The notes beneath the pieces are model-generated. The model was not told the DNA's origin and did not search any database. It saw nothing but the letters and a program-made list of their open reading frames with translations. Made by a program: the position numbers and the translations under genes. Of a stretch of 55,353 nucleotides of DNA, positions 33,625 to 42,957 are shown in pieces (within the stretch, counting starts at the first letter, position 1; every line of letters starts with the position of its first letter). This DNA is from Candidatus Omnitrophota bacterium. Its GTDB lineage: Bacteria > Omnitrophota > Gorgyraeia > Gygaellales > Profunditerraquicolaceae. The DNA lies in the NCBI GenBank assembly GCA_043807505.1, contig JAZDFW010000089.1:1-55353 (forward strand), written 5' to 3'.

Positions 33625-34656
33625 TTATTTTTTGTTCAGTAATGATTTTACCTGCTCAAACACTTCTTCCGGAGTAATTGCCTTCATGCAATGATTATCC
33701 AAGCAACCCGTAACATAGCAAGGGATTTTACAACCAACTTTTTTCTGTAAAATAGTAACGTTCTTTATCGGAAATGGCCCGGTAATTAGCGGATCCGTGG
33801 GGCCAAAAAGGGCAATAATTCTTTTGGCGCCAACTGCATTTGCAATATGCAAGGGGCCGGTATCGGCAGAAATAAACAGATCCAATCTTTTAAAAAGAGC
33901 GCCTAATTGTTTAAGGTTAAATAAACCGCAGGCAATAATGGGTTTTGTAATCATAGAGGCAGTGATTTCTTGAACAAGCCCTATATCAAGTTGGCTGCCG
34001 GTAATAATTACTTTTGCAGAAAGTTCATAAGTAAGCAAATTTGCCAATTTTAGCCAATGCCCCTTAGGCCAGCGCTTAGGCAGCCAGTTGCCTCCGGCAT
34101 TAAGCCCCACCACAAGGCTGCCTTTAGTTATGGCATGTTTTTTGAAAAATTCATTTACGAAATTTTCGTCCTCATCGCGGATAATAAAATCAAGATACCT
34201 GTCTTCAATCCGAAAACCTGCTTTCTCAACAATATTAAGATAATAATCTATGCGGTGCAACGAATCGCGATCAGGGGATTTAATTTTTTTAGTCAACAGG
34301 AATCCGCGTTTCTTAGTGTCATACCCTATTCTCTCTCTTATACCCGCCAATTTACAGATCAAAGCACGGGTCAGGGAGCCATGCAGTAAAATCGCGGTAT
34401 TGAATTTTTTAAATTTAAGCAGCCGGATAAAGTCAATCTTAGAAACTACACTTCTGTGCCTGTCTTTTTCATCATAGACAATAATTTCATCCAAATACGG
34501 ATTATCTTTCAAAAGCAAATAGCAACGGCTGGGTATTATACAAGCTAAATAGCTATTGGGATAGTTACGCCTGATATTCCTGATTGTGGCGGTAGAAAAT
34601 AACACATCGCCTAACCAGTTAACATTAAAAATAACAATACGTTTACTTTTTTTCAT
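33625..34656 (-). CDS. GT9 glycosyltransferase (heptosyltransferase family)
   Basis: VIFNVNWLGDVLFST N-terminus, the ISADTGPLHIANAVG motif and a Cys-rich tail. 343 aa. Confidence 0.8.
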   Translation of the reverse strand: MKKSKRIVIFNVNWLGDVLFSTATIRNIRRNYPNSYLACIIPSRCYLLLKDNPYLDEIIVYDEKDRHRSVVSKIDFIRLLKFKKFNTAILLHGSLTRALICKLAGIRERIGYDTKKRGFLLTKKIKSPDRDSLHRIDYYLNIVEKAGFRIEDRYLDFIIRDEDENFVNEFFKKHAITKGSLVVGLNAGGNWLPKRWPKGHWLKLANLLTYELSAKVIITGSQLDIGLVQEITASMITKPIIACGLFNLKQLGALFKRLDLFISADTGPLHIANAVGAKRIIALFGPTDPLITGPFPIKNVTILQKKVGCKIPCYVTGCLDNHCMKAITPEEVFEQVKSLLNKK

Positions 34657-35459
34657 CTTTTACGCCGTTTAGATTCCTTCATAAATGTATAAAAGCCGGA
34701 GGTTTCAACCGCGAAAATAAACATATTCGCGGAGTTTTCGGAAATCCTCAGCCTCTTTAAAGCAAATAAATCATCATCCGGATAATTTTTTCCGGGATTC
34801 GTGGCAACAGAGACAGTGTAACCAGCATCAATTACCAGTTGTCTTATCTCTTCATTAAACCGGCCCTCAGGATAACTAAATAATTGAATTTTAGCGCCTA
34901 ATTTTTCTTCTAAAATACGCTTAGAATCGAATATTTGTTTTTTTAATTCTTCTTTTGACTTAATATTTATTAACGGTTCAGGGCCCACAGCGTGGCTGCC
35001 AAAGGCAATAAGGCCTGAGTTTTGCATAATTTTAATTTCCTCCCAACTCAATCTGTCAGAACGGCCTACTTCATTGACAATAACAAACATCGTCGCAGGT
35101 AAATTATATTTTTTTAATATTTCAAAGGCATATGTAAAATTATCCTTATAGCCATCGTCAAGGGTTATAGATATTGCCTTAGGAGGGAGCTTCTTCTTCT
35201 CTCTAATCAATGCCGCCAGTTCTTCCAGGGATAAAACACTATAATGATGTTTTTTTAAAAAATCCATCTGCCGGGCGAATGTTGTATCTTTTACCGCGAG
35301 CCTGTTTATTCCATCTGCCGAAGGATTTATTGAATGATACATAATTATCGGTACAACATATTTCTGCTTAATAAAGCCCGCGATAAAAAACGCGGACACA
35401 ACAATTAGGCCGACTACAGTAATTAATACTTTACGTTTAGTTTTTAACGGGGCAGGCAT
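34653..35459 (-). CDS. polysaccharide deacetylase (CE4 family), membrane-anchored
   Basis: N-terminal TM helix, then the ITLDDGYKDN (NodB motif 1) and GSHAV motifs. Confidence 0.78.
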   Translation of the reverse strand: MPAPLKTKRKVLITVVGLIVVSAFFIAGFIKQKYVVPIIMYHSINPSADGINRLAVKDTTFARQMDFLKKHHYSVLSLEELAALIREKKKLPPKAISITLDDGYKDNFTYAFEILKKYNLPATMFVIVNEVGRSDRLSWEEIKIMQNSGLIAFGSHAVGPEPLINIKSKEELKKQIFDSKRILEEKLGAKIQLFSYPEGRFNEEIRQLVIDAGYTVSVATNPGKNYPDDDLFALKRLRISENSANMFIFAVETSGFYTFMKESKRRKR

Positions 35460-36541
35460 TCTAAATATAATTTTTCGGTTTGATGAATCATTTTTTCTTC
35501 TGAAAAATTTTCCTCTATAAAAATTTTGGCATTATTTCCAAGAATCTTTCTTTTACCGGAATCAAGCAATAATTCAATTATGGCATCGGATAATTGTAAA
35601 ACATTTTCCGGTTTAACCAATAAACCGTTTACCCCGCCATGAATTAAAGCCTTAATCCCCCCTACTTCGGTTCCAATTACAGCCCGGCCCATAATCATGG
35701 CCTCCATCAGGCTCAAACCCAAACCTTCGTGTAAACTCGGCAAAACAAAAATATCCATTACTGATAATATAGCCTTAGTGTCTAAGGTATTCGGAACAAA
35801 ATTTACCTGTTTAGTAATTTCGAGCTTCTTGCATAAATTCACCAGCCCCTGTTTTATTTTTCCCTCACCTACAATCAATAGCTGCGCTGAGGGAAATTTT
35901 TCTAAAACGATCTTTAATGCCTGAATTAAATAAACATGCCCTTTAACCGGGGATAACCTGGCAATTATACCGATCACCGGGCCATTACTCAGGCCCAATT
36001 CATTTTTTTTCTCTTCTATATATTCATTGGCCGGAATAATAAATTTTTCTTTATCTATCCCATGATGAATCAAGCGGATTTCTGCTTCCGGAATAAGAAA
36101 ATCATTCATTAAATGTATTTTTACCTGCTCACTGATTGCAATTACTTTTGCCCCCCAGCAAGGAAATATTCTTCGAAAAAATCTTTTATTAAAGAAACCA
36201 TGGCAGGTGGAAATAAACGGCTTGTGTGTATAATGGCTAAGAAGGCAGCCAATAACCTGAGTTACCCGGGTATTAGCATGAATTATATCTATATTTTTCT
36301 TTTTTATTTCCGGTAATAATTTTAAAAAACTAACCAATACATTCAGGCTTATCTCGGCTTTTGTCTTAGCCGGTATAGGAATATAAGCTATGCCTTCCTG
36401 GGCAAACAGGTGACTTAATTCGCCTTTTCCTGCGGCTACATAGGCATTATAGCCCTTTTTTTTCATGCCCTTTGCCAAAGTCAATATGTAACTGGTGATT
36501 CCGCCGACATTGAAATGGTTAGCTAAATAGAGAATGTTCAT
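35444..36541 (-). CDS. GT4 (GT-B, family 1-type) glycosyltransferase
   Basis: GG(I/V)TSY N-terminus and the EGLGLSLMEAM (E-x7-E) motif. Confidence 0.8.
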   Translation of the reverse strand: MNILYLANHFNVGGITSYILTLAKGMKKKGYNAYVAAGKGELSHLFAQEGIAYIPIPAKTKAEISLNVLVSFLKLLPEIKKKNIDIIHANTRVTQVIGCLLSHYTHKPFISTCHGFFNKRFFRRIFPCWGAKVIAISEQVKIHLMNDFLIPEAEIRLIHHGIDKEKFIIPANEYIEEKKNELGLSNGPVIGIIARLSPVKGHVYLIQALKIVLEKFPSAQLLIVGEGKIKQGLVNLCKKLEITKQVNFVPNTLDTKAILSVMDIFVLPSLHEGLGLSLMEAMIMGRAVIGTEVGGIKALIHGGVNGLLVKPENVLQLSDAIIELLLDSGKRKILGNNAKIFIEENFSEEKMIHQTEKLYLECLPR

Positions 36542-38634
36542 TCTAATAATTTTTTAATTGCCTCTAATATTTCTTCCGGAGTTATTGACTCCATGCACTC
36601 AACAGTTTTACATTTTGACTTATAACAAGGGCTGCACGACAAATCTTTTTCTATTAAGACAAATTTTCCCGCCTGAGCCGGGGGCAGGTGCCGGCGGGAA
36701 TCCGTAGGGCCGAATAACGCAACAAAAGGCGTTCCTATAGCGGCCCCAATATGTAACGGCGCTGAATCGCAAGAAATGTAAACATTGCATTTTTTAATTA
36801 AAGCAGTCAGTTGGCTCAATGTTGTCTTACCGCAAGCATTAATAATCCGGACATTCTTTGCCGTATTAATTAAGGTATCGGCAATTGAGAGATCTTTCTG
36901 GGTCCCGGTAACCACAACCCGGATATCTAACTCACCCAACTTTTCACAAAGCTTGACAATACAAGCCAATGGTAAATTCTTTGTTAACCACCTATTACTT
37001 GCGCTTATATTTATACCAACCAGTTTAAGTTTCCCGCTTACCCATTCTGCACTTAATAAATCATCGATGTATTTTAAATCTTTTTCCGAAGGCCAAAGCT
37101 CTAGATAAGGATTAGTTAATTCGATGTCCAACATCTTTAGTATTCTGAATTGGTGCCCCACCGGATCCATTACAGGCAATTCATTCTTAATCGAATGGTT
37201 TAAGAGAAACCCGAACTTTTTATTATTATAACCGTAGCAGTCTGGCCCTAAAGTTAAATAAGATAAGATATGGCTCTTGCGGTTATTTTGTAAATCAATC
37301 ACCTTATCAAAACCGGCTTTTCTTAAAACCTGTCCCAACCTGAAAAGGCCCTTTATACCTTTGTCTTTATTATTTAAATCGCAAACTAATAATTCATCTA
37401 TATAAGGGCACCTTAATAATATATCCTTGGATTCTTCGCCGACCAAAAAAGTAATTTTATAATTCCTCGGGAACTTTTCTCTAATCGCCCTTATTGCCGC
37501 GGTAGAAAGGATTACATCGCCGACAGAGCCAAACTTAATGATTAAAATCTTAAAGTTAGTTAGGGCATCAAGGTATACCTGTAATGTATTTTTTACCATT
37601 AGCTCCACATTATATTTTTCTTTTACCTTTTTATAAGCTGCCTCTGATAACCTTTTGGCCAATTGACGGTCCTTAAATATTTTTATAGTTGCTTCACTCA
37701 TAGCCGCAGGATCCGCCGGAGAAACCAACAAACCGGTTATTCCGTCATCAATAATATCAATGACTCCGCCTACTTTTGTCGCAACAACCGGTACCCCTGC
37801 TGCCTGCGCCTCAACAATAACCCTGCCGAATGCCTCATGAGTTGTTGTTGCCAAAACTAGTAAGTCCAGATTTAAAAGTATCGCGGGGATATCTCTTTGC
37901 GTCCCTAAAAATTCAGTATTATGCCATAGGCCGAGCCTTTTAATCAAAACCTGCAACTGTTCTTTATAAGCAGCCTTTGATTCTGGCGCATCGCCGACTA
38001 TCCAAATCTTAAGGCGAGGAATACTTTTGGCAGCTTTATGCATGGCCTTAATAAAATCGAGGTGCCCTTTAAGCGGCGTAATCCTGCCGATTATGCCAAC
38101 ATTAAATTCATCTCTTTTTTTATCATCAAGGCTTAAATATTTGAATTTTTCCAAGTCAACACTGCGAGGCACAAGCCTTAGGCGTTCGTAAGGGACGCCG
38201 AAATCCTCAATCATATGCCTGGCAATAACATTACTCGGAACAATTACTCTCTTGCCCCATCCCATTGCATAACTAAAAAAATGGTTCTTATAATAGCCAT
38301 GACAAGTAGTAATAAATATCCGTTTTGCGCGGCGTGAGGCGAAATACGCAATCCAAGCCGGGGCCCGGGAACGCGCATGAACTATATCTATCTCTTCTTT
38401 CTTTATGATTTCGACTAAACGCGGCAAGGCCTTTATCATTGTGAAGAAAGATTTCTTATGCACGGGAAGTTCATAATGAATAACGCCGTATGATTTTAAT
38501 TCTTTTACCAGTTCGCCTCCTGCGGAAACCACAACAGCCTTATGCCCCTGACGAACTAAATACTTAGCTAAATCAACTGTCCCTCTCTCAACACCGCCGA
38601 CTCTAAGTTGAGGAAGAATTTGTAAGATATTCAT
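36538..38634 (-). CDS. fusion of a GT4 glycosyltransferase (N) and a GT9 heptosyltransferase-family domain (C)
   Basis: The N-half has GGVERGT and EAFGRVIVEAQ (E-x7-E). The C-half has ILIIKFGSVGDVILST, ISCDSAPLHIGAAIG and a Cys-rich tail. 698 aa. Confidence 0.8.
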   Translation of the reverse strand: MNILQILPQLRVGGVERGTVDLAKYLVRQGHKAVVVSAGGELVKELKSYGVIHYELPVHKKSFFTMIKALPRLVEIIKKEEIDIVHARSRAPAWIAYFASRRAKRIFITTCHGYYKNHFFSYAMGWGKRVIVPSNVIARHMIEDFGVPYERLRLVPRSVDLEKFKYLSLDDKKRDEFNVGIIGRITPLKGHLDFIKAMHKAAKSIPRLKIWIVGDAPESKAAYKEQLQVLIKRLGLWHNTEFLGTQRDIPAILLNLDLLVLATTTHEAFGRVIVEAQAAGVPVVATKVGGVIDIIDDGITGLLVSPADPAAMSEATIKIFKDRQLAKRLSEAAYKKVKEKYNVELMVKNTLQVYLDALTNFKILIIKFGSVGDVILSTAAIRAIREKFPRNYKITFLVGEESKDILLRCPYIDELLVCDLNNKDKGIKGLFRLGQVLRKAGFDKVIDLQNNRKSHILSYLTLGPDCYGYNNKKFGFLLNHSIKNELPVMDPVGHQFRILKMLDIELTNPYLELWPSEKDLKYIDDLLSAEWVSGKLKLVGINISASNRWLTKNLPLACIVKLCEKLGELDIRVVVTGTQKDLSIADTLINTAKNVRIINACGKTTLSQLTALIKKCNVYISCDSAPLHIGAAIGTPFVALFGPTDSRRHLPPAQAGKFVLIEKDLSCSPCYKSKCKTVECMESITPEEILEAIKKLLE

Positions 38635-40580
38635 AATATTCTTTTGAGAGCAACGCTAACTATAGAGTTATCCTTTAAGGTATTAACTTCTGGCTCATTT
38701 TCCTTAATAAATTCTATTGCACTCTCTAATTCAATTGGCTCAATGAGGTATATGTATTTATTTTGTACAAAACAATCCAGAAATCTTTTATGTTTTTTAT
38801 CCAGCCCCGGAGATTTAAAAACTATAACGTATTTTTTGCTTGTAACCGCTTCTGAAATCATTGAGATGCTCTCAGGCGAAGTAACTATAATTCTACTTAA
38901 GCCTAAAATTCCTCCTAACGTAAAAGACGGATTCTCAAGGCTAGCGGTAATCAGAACTTTGCAATGTGGATAACTTTTAAGTTCATCTTGAAGCAAGTTT
39001 TCGATTTCTATGCTAGTTCTGCGTGAAGTTGTGGCTAAAATGCTGGCGTTATTTTTTTCACATGAGGATTTTAGCTGTTTGGTAACCTCTTTAACCGTAT
39101 CTATTGCCAGATGAAAATTCTTTGTTTCGCCTCCGATTAATAAGCCAATGTTAAATCCCTGTGATTCCGCTTTAAAGTTAAAAGCACCCATGAATTTATC
39201 AGATTGGGCCTTTAAATAATCATCATCAATCAAATTAAGGGCCCCGTCAGTAATTACAATGTTCTTTCTCCTTCCGGGCCTGTCGTGTTTAGGCGTAATC
39301 ACTAAATCAAATTTCTTTGTACTTAAGAATGCTGGGCGCATGAGTACAATGGATTTAGCTTGATTCTCGCCGGCAATGATGAAATTGACCGCAGAAAGCG
39401 AAGAACCTCCCGATATGACGATGTCCGGATTGATACTGCTCAATGACTTATAATTATCTTCTTTAAAAAATTTCTTATAACCCCATAAACTTCCCTGACA
39501 ATTATATTTTGAAGTAAAAAAACTGATGCAGGTAAAAAATAATCTTGCTAATTTATCTTTAAATTCTATATTTACTATGTCGACATTAACCTTGATATTC
39601 CTCTCGGAAAGATTACCTGCTATACTACCTGCTACGGCTTGTGATTGCCTTAAATGCCCGGCCTTTTTGTCGCTTAAAATCAAAATATTCCTTTCTTGGG
39701 CATATTTCCATATTTTATAAGTCCAGAGATATTCATAAGGGTATTCTAAAATAAATTTCTCATAAGTATGCATCAATTCTTGCAGGTTCTCTCTTATGTC
39801 AACTTCCTCATCGCCTGTTTTTTTAAGTGCGAACCTGGATCCGATTATAACTTTTTGATACGGCCCGTTTAAACGCGTATAGTAAACAGGCAAAATTTCT
39901 GAGCCATATTTTAATGCTAATCTGATTGCGCCGGTCGGCATTGAAGCTTGTTTGCCAAAAAAATTAACTAACAGGCCATTTTTTCCTCCCTGATCAACAG
40001 TCATGCCAACTGCCTCATTGTTTTTTAGCGCCTGAATAAGCGCGCGGCCAGGGTTATTTCTCTGAATAACTGTACATCCTTTTTGTTGCCTGTATTGATT
40101 AAGTATCTTATCTAACCGGGGGTAACGCTGATCTCTTACAAAAAAATTAAAGGGGAACCCTAAATTTTTGCATACCAAATTAGAAAACTCCCAGTTACCT
40201 GCATGCATGCTCAGAAGGATTACGCCTTTACCTTTATTAAAGCCGGCACTTGTGTTTTCTTTGCCTTGGACAATCATATATTTGTCCAAATATTTTTTAT
40301 CAATTTTCGGAAGAAGAAAAACCTCAATCAGGTTTTGGCCAAAATGCTGGTAGAATTTCTTAGTAACCTCGGATAATTGTTTAACTGATAACTGATTCCC
40401 TATCGCGGTTTTTATATTCGCATAGGCTAATGCTCTATGCCTTGAATCAAAATAATACAATAATTCACCGATTGATTTGCCTAAAAATAAACTTAAAACC
40501 AAAGGCAGCGCCCTAATTATTGGCCCTAGCGATTTAACGGCTATACAGGCTAAGTAATCTATTATTAAATTCTTCTTCAT
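38631..40580 (-). CDS. fusion of a lipid A late acyltransferase (LpxL/HtrB family) with an ELM1/DUF1022-type domain
   Basis: The N-half has the LpxL-like TM anchor and the SMHAGNWE motif (HxxxxE-type acyltransferase). The C-half starts ILILSDKKAGHLRQSQAVAG, which matches the ELM1-family N-terminal signature (DG(K/R)AGhxNQ). 649 aa. Confidence 0.65.
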   Translation of the reverse strand: MKKNLIIDYLACIAVKSLGPIIRALPLVLSLFLGKSIGELLYYFDSRHRALAYANIKTAIGNQLSVKQLSEVTKKFYQHFGQNLIEVFLLPKIDKKYLDKYMIVQGKENTSAGFNKGKGVILLSMHAGNWEFSNLVCKNLGFPFNFFVRDQRYPRLDKILNQYRQQKGCTVIQRNNPGRALIQALKNNEAVGMTVDQGGKNGLLVNFFGKQASMPTGAIRLALKYGSEILPVYYTRLNGPYQKVIIGSRFALKKTGDEEVDIRENLQELMHTYEKFILEYPYEYLWTYKIWKYAQERNILILSDKKAGHLRQSQAVAGSIAGNLSERNIKVNVDIVNIEFKDKLARLFFTCISFFTSKYNCQGSLWGYKKFFKEDNYKSLSSINPDIVISGGSSLSAVNFIIAGENQAKSIVLMRPAFLSTKKFDLVITPKHDRPGRRKNIVITDGALNLIDDDYLKAQSDKFMGAFNFKAESQGFNIGLLIGGETKNFHLAIDTVKEVTKQLKSSCEKNNASILATTSRRTSIEIENLLQDELKSYPHCKVLITASLENPSFTLGGILGLSRIIVTSPESISMISEAVTSKKYVIVFKSPGLDKKHKRFLDCFVQNKYIYLIEPIELESAIEFIKENEPEVNTLKDNSIVSVALKRIL

Positions 40581-41574
40581 TTTTGGTAATTTTTAATTCG
40601 ATGCGCAATACAAGGATTTGCAATCCGTCGATTTTAACCTTTGATTCATAAATTCTTGCGGCATCTTTTTCAGTGGTAATAATCGTATCTATTTTCTTCT
40701 GCTGTGATGCCTTGATTATATTGTCCAAATCCTTTTGCGCATAGTTGTAGTGATCGGAAAACTTGAAAGTTAAACAAATTCTTGCCCCCAGGCTTACAAC
40801 TAAAGCCTCAAAAGAATCAGGGTCGCCGATTGCGGAAAATACAGCTACGCTTTTACCTCTTAAAATATAGTTATTCAATATCTCTGATTTCTTATTCAAC
40901 AAATACAATACTTGTGGTTTATGTATAGATTCCACAATTAACGCATTATAATTAATCCGACACAAGAAATCTTTAACTTCATACGTATTGGGATTAAGAT
41001 TAGTCTTAGTAAGCATAAATACATCCGCGCGTTTAAGCGAAGTTAGCGGCTCGCGCAAAATCCCCCGAGGCAGCATATGCTTGTTGCCAAAAAGATTAGT
41101 AGAATCAATTACCACGATTTCCAGGTCTTTTTTTATATGCCATTGCTGAAAACCATCATCTAATATTACTGCATCTGTCTTATAATCACGCATCGCAGAT
41201 TTGGCTGCGCGTATTCTGTTTTTATTGACGACTACCGGAATATCCTTGAGGTTTGTTTTTAACATATAGGGTTCGTCGCCCATTCCACCTCTTTTCTTGT
41301 ACCCTCTGCTTAAGACAGCCACATTATACCCCTGTTGTTTTAGAAACCTGGCGATGTATTCAACCAAGACGGTCTTTCCCGTTCCTCCTAAGGTAATATT
41401 GCCGACGCTGATAGTCCTGCAATCTAGTTTTTTTTGTTTTTGCCTATATATAAATACCAAGAACCTAATAATTAACCCGTAGAAAAATGAAAAAATCAAT
41501 AGAAAAATCTTTACAAACCTTGCAATAATGCTGTTATTTTCATCGGTAGCCAAACTATAAAGGAATTTATACAT
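40534..41574 (-). CDS. lpxK: tetraacyldisaccharide 4'-kinase
   Basis: N-terminal TM helix and GNITLGGTGKT P-loop. 346 aa. Its 3' end overlaps the next gene by 47 nt. Confidence 0.85.
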   Translation of the reverse strand: MYKFLYSLATDENNSIIARFVKIFLLIFSFFYGLIIRFLVFIYRQKQKKLDCRTISVGNITLGGTGKTVLVEYIARFLKQQGYNVAVLSRGYKKRGGMGDEPYMLKTNLKDIPVVVNKNRIRAAKSAMRDYKTDAVILDDGFQQWHIKKDLEIVVIDSTNLFGNKHMLPRGILREPLTSLKRADVFMLTKTNLNPNTYEVKDFLCRINYNALIVESIHKPQVLYLLNKKSEILNNYILRGKSVAVFSAIGDPDSFEALVVSLGARICLTFKFSDHYNYAQKDLDNIIKASQQKKIDTIITTEKDAARIYESKVKIDGLQILVLRIELKITKNEEEFNNRLLSLYSR

Positions 41575-41597
41575 ATTATAATTTTAATGAAGAAAGT

Positions 41598-42320
41598 TCA
41601 ATCATTCGTGGATAAAAAAGAGAGGTTTCTTTCGATAAACTCCAACAGTTTTTCTTGGGATACGCCTGAGAGATGCGTAAACTCAACTGCTATCCCTGGA
41701 TGGATATGTGGTTGAATTTGCTTATCCGACAGCCAGACAACCTTTGCCTGAAGCTCCATCTCTTCCTGTTTTGGAGGAAGTTTGAATTTTAAGATAACCT
41801 CATCCCCTAGTTTGAATTTGTCGGGGCCATAGATATAAGCGCCTATAGCACTTAAATTTAGAGTATCCACTTTGACGGCACACAAACCTTGATCCGTTTT
41901 ATTTCTCAACTCAATCTTAATATCAATAGGAAGCCGCTTGAACCTGCGCCGCAGTTGCATTTTCTTGATATTTTCGATAACCCTATCTTCCTTAAAACTA
42001 TTTAGAGCCGAATCCTCATCAGCATAAATATCAATTGTCCGGTCTAAAGCGGTCACGAAAAACATGCCCTTAAGGTGTGCCGGGATACTGGTAAATTTTA
42101 TCCTGCCGTTATTATTTACTACTTCTTTATAAGCAAGGACTATCGCAGAAATACCCATATAATCAATAAAATCAACATCTTCAAAATTAAGGAGCATTTC
42201 ATTGTAACCGTCACGCAGGCACTGGCCTACAGCCTCAACCAGATTTGCTGAATTTACATCAATGCGGCCGGATAAATCCAATATAATATAATTATCTTTT
42301 GACCGAGCTTTAATTTCCAT
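41598..42320 (-). CDS. STAS (anti-sigma-antagonist-like) domain fused to a PilZ c-di-GMP-binding domain
   Basis: The N-half has a SpoIIAA-like STAS fold (ILDLSGRID...FIDYMGISA). The C-half has the PilZ motifs RRRFKR (RxxxR) and NLSAIG ((D/N)xSxxG). Confidence 0.7.
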   Translation of the reverse strand: MEIKARSKDNYIILDLSGRIDVNSANLVEAVGQCLRDGYNEMLLNFEDVDFIDYMGISAIVLAYKEVVNNNGRIKFTSIPAHLKGMFFVTALDRTIDIYADEDSALNSFKEDRVIENIKKMQLRRRFKRLPIDIKIELRNKTDQGLCAVKVDTLNLSAIGAYIYGPDKFKLGDEVILKFKLPPKQEEMELQAKVVWLSDKQIQPHIHPGIAVEFTHLSGVSQEKLLEFIERNLSFLSTND

Positions 42321-42366
42321 AATGTCATATTATAGCAAATTTTTGAAATCTTGGGGGAATTTTAAC

Positions 42367-42406
42367 AAAAAAGTAAGGCCCGATTTAAAATAAAACCGGG
42401 CCTTAC
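42367..42406 (-). terminator. rho-independent terminator downstream of the cold-shock gene
   Basis: On the minus strand, the stem GTAAGGCCCG(G)/CGGGCCTTAC has a 13-nt AT loop and is followed by TTTTTT. Confidence 0.75.
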
Positions 42407-42428
42407 TTATCTGCTTCTAACCCAAAGG

Positions 42429-42629
42429 TTATAACTTTACAACCTTTGTAGCTTGATCACCTTTAGGGCCTTTTTCAACTTCGAATTCAACTTCTTGGCC
42501 ATCCTCTAAAGTCTTATAGCCGTCACCCTGAATTGCAGAATGATGTACGAATACATCGCTTCCAGATTCAGTAGTAATGAAACCATAACCTTTTTGATTC
42601 GAAAACCACTTTACTTTACCTCTAGCCAT
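42429..42629 (-). CDS. cspA: cold-shock protein (CspA family)
   Basis: KGYGFI (RNP1) and VFVHHS (RNP2). 66 aa. Confidence 0.95.
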   Translation of the reverse strand: MARGKVKWFSNQKGYGFITTESGSDVFVHHSAIQGDGYKTLEDGQEVEFEVEKGPKGDQATKVVKL

Positions 42630-42773
42630 TACTTACTACCCCCTTCCTTTTTCATTTTTTTAGACAGTAAATAATGGCAGAAAAAAACCGTAAGGCGAAT
42701 TCTTCATACCCTACGGCTTTCAAGACTTCTACTCCCTTATTTACCACTATCATATTTACCATTTTCAAAAGGG

Positions 42774-42801
42774 ATTATACACTATTTCTTAGATTTGTCA
42801 A
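42774..42801 (-). promoter_or_regulatory. consensus sigma70-type promoter for the cold-shock gene, implying a ~135-nt 5' UTR
   Basis: The minus strand reads TTGACA, a 16-nt spacer, then TATAAT (plus-strand tgtcaa at 42796-42801, attata at 42774-42779). Long csp leaders are a known family trait. Confidence 0.7.
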
Positions 42802-42957
42802 CTATTTTTTGCTAATTTTTTGCTTATTTTTGTAATGCGTCAATCAACGGGGGCAAACGGTAAAATTTGTCATTGCGAGGAGCGTAGCGACGAATCAATC
42901 CCGTCGAGATTACTTCGCCCCCTTTTATTTCCCATAGTATTTATAATTCCTTGATTA

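Noticed and set aside
42849-42922. The GGGGGC...GCCCCC structure read as a rho-independent terminator or a tRNA-like gene
   Set aside because: The loop is ~60 nt. There is no T-tract in the orientation of the upstream (minus-strand) gene. I could not fold any cloverleaf or anticodon arm.
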